A DNA stretch of 64,000 bases, from assembly GCA_964057225.1 (NCBI GenBank), contig OZ059898.1:7812001-7876000 (forward strand), given 5' to 3'. The notes below the pieces were generated by a model. That model did not search any database, had not been told where the DNA came from, and worked only from the letters and a program-made list of their open reading frames with translations. The DNA comes from Auanema rhodensis (lineage: Eukaryota; Animalia; Nematoda). Below are positions 61,301 through 64,000 of the stretch, in pieces. Each line of letters opens with the position of its first letter. Position 1 is the stretch's first letter. The position numbers and the translations under genes were made by a program.

Positions 61301-63999
61301 TTTCGAAGGGTGAAGGGGCCCATAAGATCACACCCTGTTGAAAAGAATGCTCTTGTAAGAATTGCTCTGTCTTTTGGTAGCGATGGCATATCTGGTAATT
61401 CATAAGGATGTGATTGAAATCTTTTACATGTCACACAGTTTTTCAATGTTTGCTTAATGACTCCGGTTATTTTTGGTATATAGAACTTTTGTCTGAGTTG
61501 AATAAGCGTGAAATTTTTGCCTTGATGATTATTATCTTTGTGTATTTTGTTGATCAGTTTTTTAACTATGGGGTTTGTTTTGAGAAGGAATATAGGGTTT
61601 TTTGTCTCTTCGGGAAGAAGAGTATTTTGTAAACGACTTCTTACGCGATAAATGTCCCATGTATCTTTGAAGAATTTTAAATTTATATTTCTTTGCTGTA
61701 GCTCATCGAGGCTCATATTAGATTGGCTGTTACTGATCAAAATTTTTTCAATTATGTTGATGTCTTCAACAGTATTCGTGTCTGTTGATGTGAGATGTTT
61801 TATTTTTTGCAACTTGTTGGCGTTGCTAGGATTTTCACGAATGTTCCAAATATCATCGGTTGGAAGATTGTCTATAATTATGTGGACCACATTGTGATGC
61901 TCCGATTCTGATTCTGCGTTATTCCTGTTAGAGTTCTTAGGCGAGCCGAATGATGTCAGAGGGTTATGAGCGGAAAGTTTAGTTAACCAATGTGGACCCT
62001 TTATCCAGTCGGAATCTTGTAGTTTCTCGATGTCTGCACCTCGGGATCCGATGTCTGCAGTATTGTACGAGGTTTGTACATGATGTAATTCTACATTGCA
62101 ACATACTTGTTTGATTTGGTGTAGCTGTTTATTTATAATGTTTGTTTGATTTTTAATGAACAGTGGGAGGGATTTTAGAGAAATAATCCATGATAGCGCG
62201 ATGTTGCTATCGCTTACAATGTTGACTTTTGCCACTTTCGGGCATATGGTTACAATAGCTAATGCCATTCGTACTGCTAAGCGGATGGCTAATAATTCTA
62301 ATCGAGGAATTGTGGTCTTATTTTTGGGTGCTATGCGGGATTTACCGTTGAGCAGAGAACTAATCTGCTCGTTTGTTTGGAAATATGAACATGCGGCCAT
62401 GGCTTGGTTGCTTGCGTCAGCAAAGACCCATAACTGTGTTTTATGTTCAGAGAATTTAAAATATCTTTTCATGGTCAATTGCTGATTGTTAATGTGATTA
62501 ATATGTTGTTCCCATTGTTTGATATTATCTGATTCAATGGGTTGGTCCCATGATAATTTTGTGTTTATGATTTCTCGCAAGATAAGTTTGAGAGGTAACA
62601 GTAATGGTGCTGCTAATCCAATGGGATCAAATATTGAGTGTAGCTGACTGAGTAGAATTCTCTTGGTGTAACTTGTGTGAGTCGTTGTTATTTTTATTGG
62701 GATAATGAAGGAGTCGTGTTCTTTATTAAAAGATATGCCAAGTATTTTGGTTGTCATGTTCGGATATCTGTCTTCTTCAGGAAGGTTCTGTATTACTTGT
62801 TCGTCGTTTGACAAGAATTCGCGAACATGCATGTTTATTTCTGTAAATAGTTTTTGGGTTTCTTTACATTTCTTTATAGCTTCTGCTGTTGTATTTGCTG
62901 TAAGAATGATATTGTCAACGTATAAGTTGTTCAGTATTTCCATAGCTAATGGGTTGTCTACTTTTGATTCTAAGAACCATTTTATGCCCATGTTCAATAC
63001 GCTGGGGGATGCAGTGATACCGAACGGTAATCTGTTGAATCGAAGGGTTATGATATTATTGTGAGATATTGGGTATTCTTTGTTTTTTATCCAAAAGAAT
63101 TTGCATAGATTTTTGTGATTCTCTGTCAGTTGTATTTGTAAAAATGCGGCTTTGATATCACATGTTATTAATATTGGTCTTGTTCTGCAGGAGATCATGA
63201 TGTCGTGTATATATGTGATAAATGATCGTCCTGTGTGTATTATCTCATTCAACGATGGGCTGTCTTTCTGTTTAGCGGAGGCGTCAAAAACGATTCTGAG
63301 AGGGTTAGCCTTGCTGGGCTTCCAAACCCCATGGTGGGGCATATAAAACTCTAAAGGCTTCTGGTGATTGTTGGGAATTTGTTCGACAATGTTATCTTTG
63401 AGGTAACTTTCAATGGTTGTAGTATAGTGTGAGAGCATTTCTGGATTGTGCAGTAACTTTCGCCATAGGGATACGAATCTATGGTACGCGGGCATTTTGT
63501 TGTTTTTAAGATTTTTGAAGTTATTTTTTAACGGGAACGGTGCAATAATGCGGTTGTTCTCAATTTTTATATCTTTTGAGTATTCTTCATAGTAATCAAT
63601 AGTGCGGTCTGCGTTGGCATTTTCTGTATTGATGCCGATAGAATCCAGTTCAAACAGATTAGTGAGGAGTTCTTTATGAGAGGTTTCTTTTGTTATTTCT
63701 TCTACTGTAGAGCATAATATTACTTTTTGTTGTGTATTATCATCGGGAAGAGGAGCTTCTCCATGTATCATGTGGCCGAATACCGAATTTTTCAATCTCA
63801 TACGTGAGGGGAGTTCGGTTTCTTCGTTTAAATGCATGAACAGTTTGTATCTATCCATACCTATCAGTATATCCGGAGTAAATGATTCTCCGTTTGTTTG
63901 TGGATTGGCTAATTTTATTTTTCTTGTCTTTATAAATTTCAAGTCTTCTTTAGATAGTTTTGGACAACGTATGGGTGTGGTTAACATGGGTTTGGTGAA
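58255..63999 (-). CDS. Partial Pol-Env polyprotein (>1,910 aa, open at window edge); the last ~19 codons are read-through into the 5S spacer
   Basis: Uninterrupted ORF; Gn-like signal from 59973, Gc from 59451; terminal IYHGVTGGARNQLSTDER* comes from spacer sequence. Confidence 0.92.
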   Translation of the reverse strand, partial: FTKPMLTTPIRCPKLSKEDLKFIKTRKIKLANPQTNGESFTPDILIGMDRYKLFMHLNEETELPSRMRLKNSVFGHMIHGEAPLPDDNTQQKVILCSTVEEITKETSHKELLTNLFELDSIGINTENANADRTIDYYEEYSKDIKIENNRIIAPFPLKNNFKNLKNNKMPAYHRFVSLWRKLLHNPEMLSHYTTTIESYLKDNIVEQIPNNHQKPLEFYMPHHGVWKPSKANPLRIVFDASAKQKDSPSLNEIIHTGRSFITYIHDIMISCRTRPILITCDIKAAFLQIQLTENHKNLCKFFWIKNKEYPISHNNIITLRFNRLPFGITASPSVLNMGIKWFLESKVDNPLAMEILNNLYVDNIILTANTTAEAIKKCKETQKLFTEINMHVREFLSNDEQVIQNLPEEDRYPNMTTKILGISFNKEHDSFIIPIKITTTHTSYTKRILLSQLHSIFDPIGLAAPLLLPLKLILREIINTKLSWDQPIESDNIKQWEQHINHINNQQLTMKRYFKFSEHKTQLWVFADASNQAMAACSYFQTNEQISSLLNGKSRIAPKNKTTIPRLELLAIRLAVRMALAIVTICPKVAKVNIVSDSNIALSWIISLKSLPLFIKNQTNIINKQLHQIKQVCCNVELHHVQTSYNTADIGSRGADIEKLQDSDWIKGPHWLTKLSAHNPLTSFGSPKNSNRNNAESESEHHNVVHIIIDNLPTDDIWNIRENPSNANKLQKIKHLTSTDTNTVEDINIIEKILISNSQSNMSLDELQQRNINLKFFKDTWDIYRVRSRLQNTLLPEETKNPIFLLKTNPIVKKLINKIHKDNNHQGKNFTLIQLRQKFYIPKITGVIKQTLKNCVTCKRFQSHPYELPDMPSLPKDRAILTRAFFSTGCDLMGPFTLRNGSKVHICLFTCMTTRAVHLEVVTNQSTVAFMNAFNRFISRRGTPEIMRSDCAGNFILSSKILETLEKTSDYNERSILNTLAQRKIKWIYNTPLSPWKGGCWERLVGVTKSSLKKCFVPSQMSLDDLHTAIVKIEAIINTRPLTHPHPDNLDALPIRPIDFLTSAIKFSLPENNDNTHIFDIHSDIQTIQSTEQALEALQLSEDSASKFWTRFQEEYLTSLKDIFKHKNKRKNHTNLFPHKDEIVIIQNDMSPRGTWKLGRIIETITSSDGNIRSAKVATSNGNIITRSINQLYPLEIRCNTSNNKIIEDNSHIVQENNSSTDRIAHTDTVLDNIHSDHHIEHTDETIHENNNINDSNHNYDIAYESDNSQHDNTYTPETENNEDATNDRPQNKTKLSSVKTAKYTEQDEVTEKENIKAFPLKMSYATHQRKNKINPKIAADIMKALSLPIIITSTYAEEINSCKDSNMFTTKLIANPHCSPEMATWTVIITIMAVTLIISCLCRMGYSQYRYKIWSKNTQTMLNIMKLKHNTISEQEDHETDQKITEDHNDTLQLKQTNTQDANIVDHETFQKHIYPILNHTRKPPKFSLFTRGSQTSLPSLLAIILALCIGSCSSCSDVHVQHFVNIRCDDNLACYHEYSQDIIFSPGTKQLCITITHSNHEIGQFKITKLYTEHVCQKNTRYFTRQTTVNILSILRCRHRGSCDGTCETNSLHNKIEELQPYTFPSQSGCFTSSARFYTCPMIWTDPCLFYKIEHIPVTEEVYEVYTCDSWSTQTVFNIETTLLQQKNNYNITLQPYTKNREQLFNITTLSQSQPPPEMYTKLFFSSKENTYITDIHTKGIIQCATEEAALKHFNNCTVSSFCPCTFNRFDEIKCRCDTPTFEKMSNTSDIKSPNQNFKTKDNTLSFSTNLDENLVTVDSSLFLNSVIFSNNLPCAPALTKLSGCYSCGQGAFAEFQCLTAEETWISIECQKEVFMIKCSPKVAITKVTMKRENIYHGVTGGARNQLSTDER

Positions 64000-64000
64000 T
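58313..64000 (-). mobile_element. Second env-bearing BEL/Pao element, 3'-truncated at the 5S spacer; 5' part lies outside the window
   Basis: RT YVDN, RH FADAS/IPRLE, IN GCDLMGP/SDCAGNF/GGCWERLV, NPHC+TM and Gc-like domain; no Gc stem/TM, PPT or 3' LTR before the spacer. Confidence 0.93.

Noticed and set aside
50688-63346. Many 60-130 aa ORFs antisense or out of frame within the two retroelements
   Set aside because: Shadows of the long polyprotein ORFs; no independent motifs.

Overview
AT-rich, gene-dense nematode genomic DNA (very short ~40-60 nt introns, C. elegans-like orthologues; probably a rhabditid/clade V species, which cannot be named from sequence alone). 1.5-48.9 kb holds about 18 spliced host genes: gly-8, crh-1, apb-1 with a divergent G-protein alpha gene nested antisense in one intron, arl-5, the intact gop-1/gop-2/gop-3/hap-1/gro-1 operon, feh-1, mdt-29, pigk-1, snr-6, swsn-3, PPCS, arx-3, mrps-18A and iglr-2. 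The last 15 kb is the highlight. A small 5S rDNA cluster (476-bp spacing, no SL1) has its second 5S gene split at nt 10-14 by a complete 8,320-bp BEL/Pao (belpaovirus) LTR element. This element has identical 400-bp LTRs, a 5-bp TSD (GTATG), a non-canonical TG...AA terminus and one intact 2,429-aa Gag-PR-RT-RH-IN-Env ORF with phlebovirus-like Gn/Gc. A second, divergent env-bearing BEL element abuts the 5S upstream spacer in the opposite orientation and is 3'-truncated there. Together they suggest enveloped retroelements that favour 5S rDNA. Smaller finds: a 6-nt Fe65 microexon, a 3-nt gop-1 microexon candidate, two candidate small ncRNAs and a perfect CRE upstream of the CREB gene. Gene ends were read by hand; gene names rest on recalled homology, not database searches.
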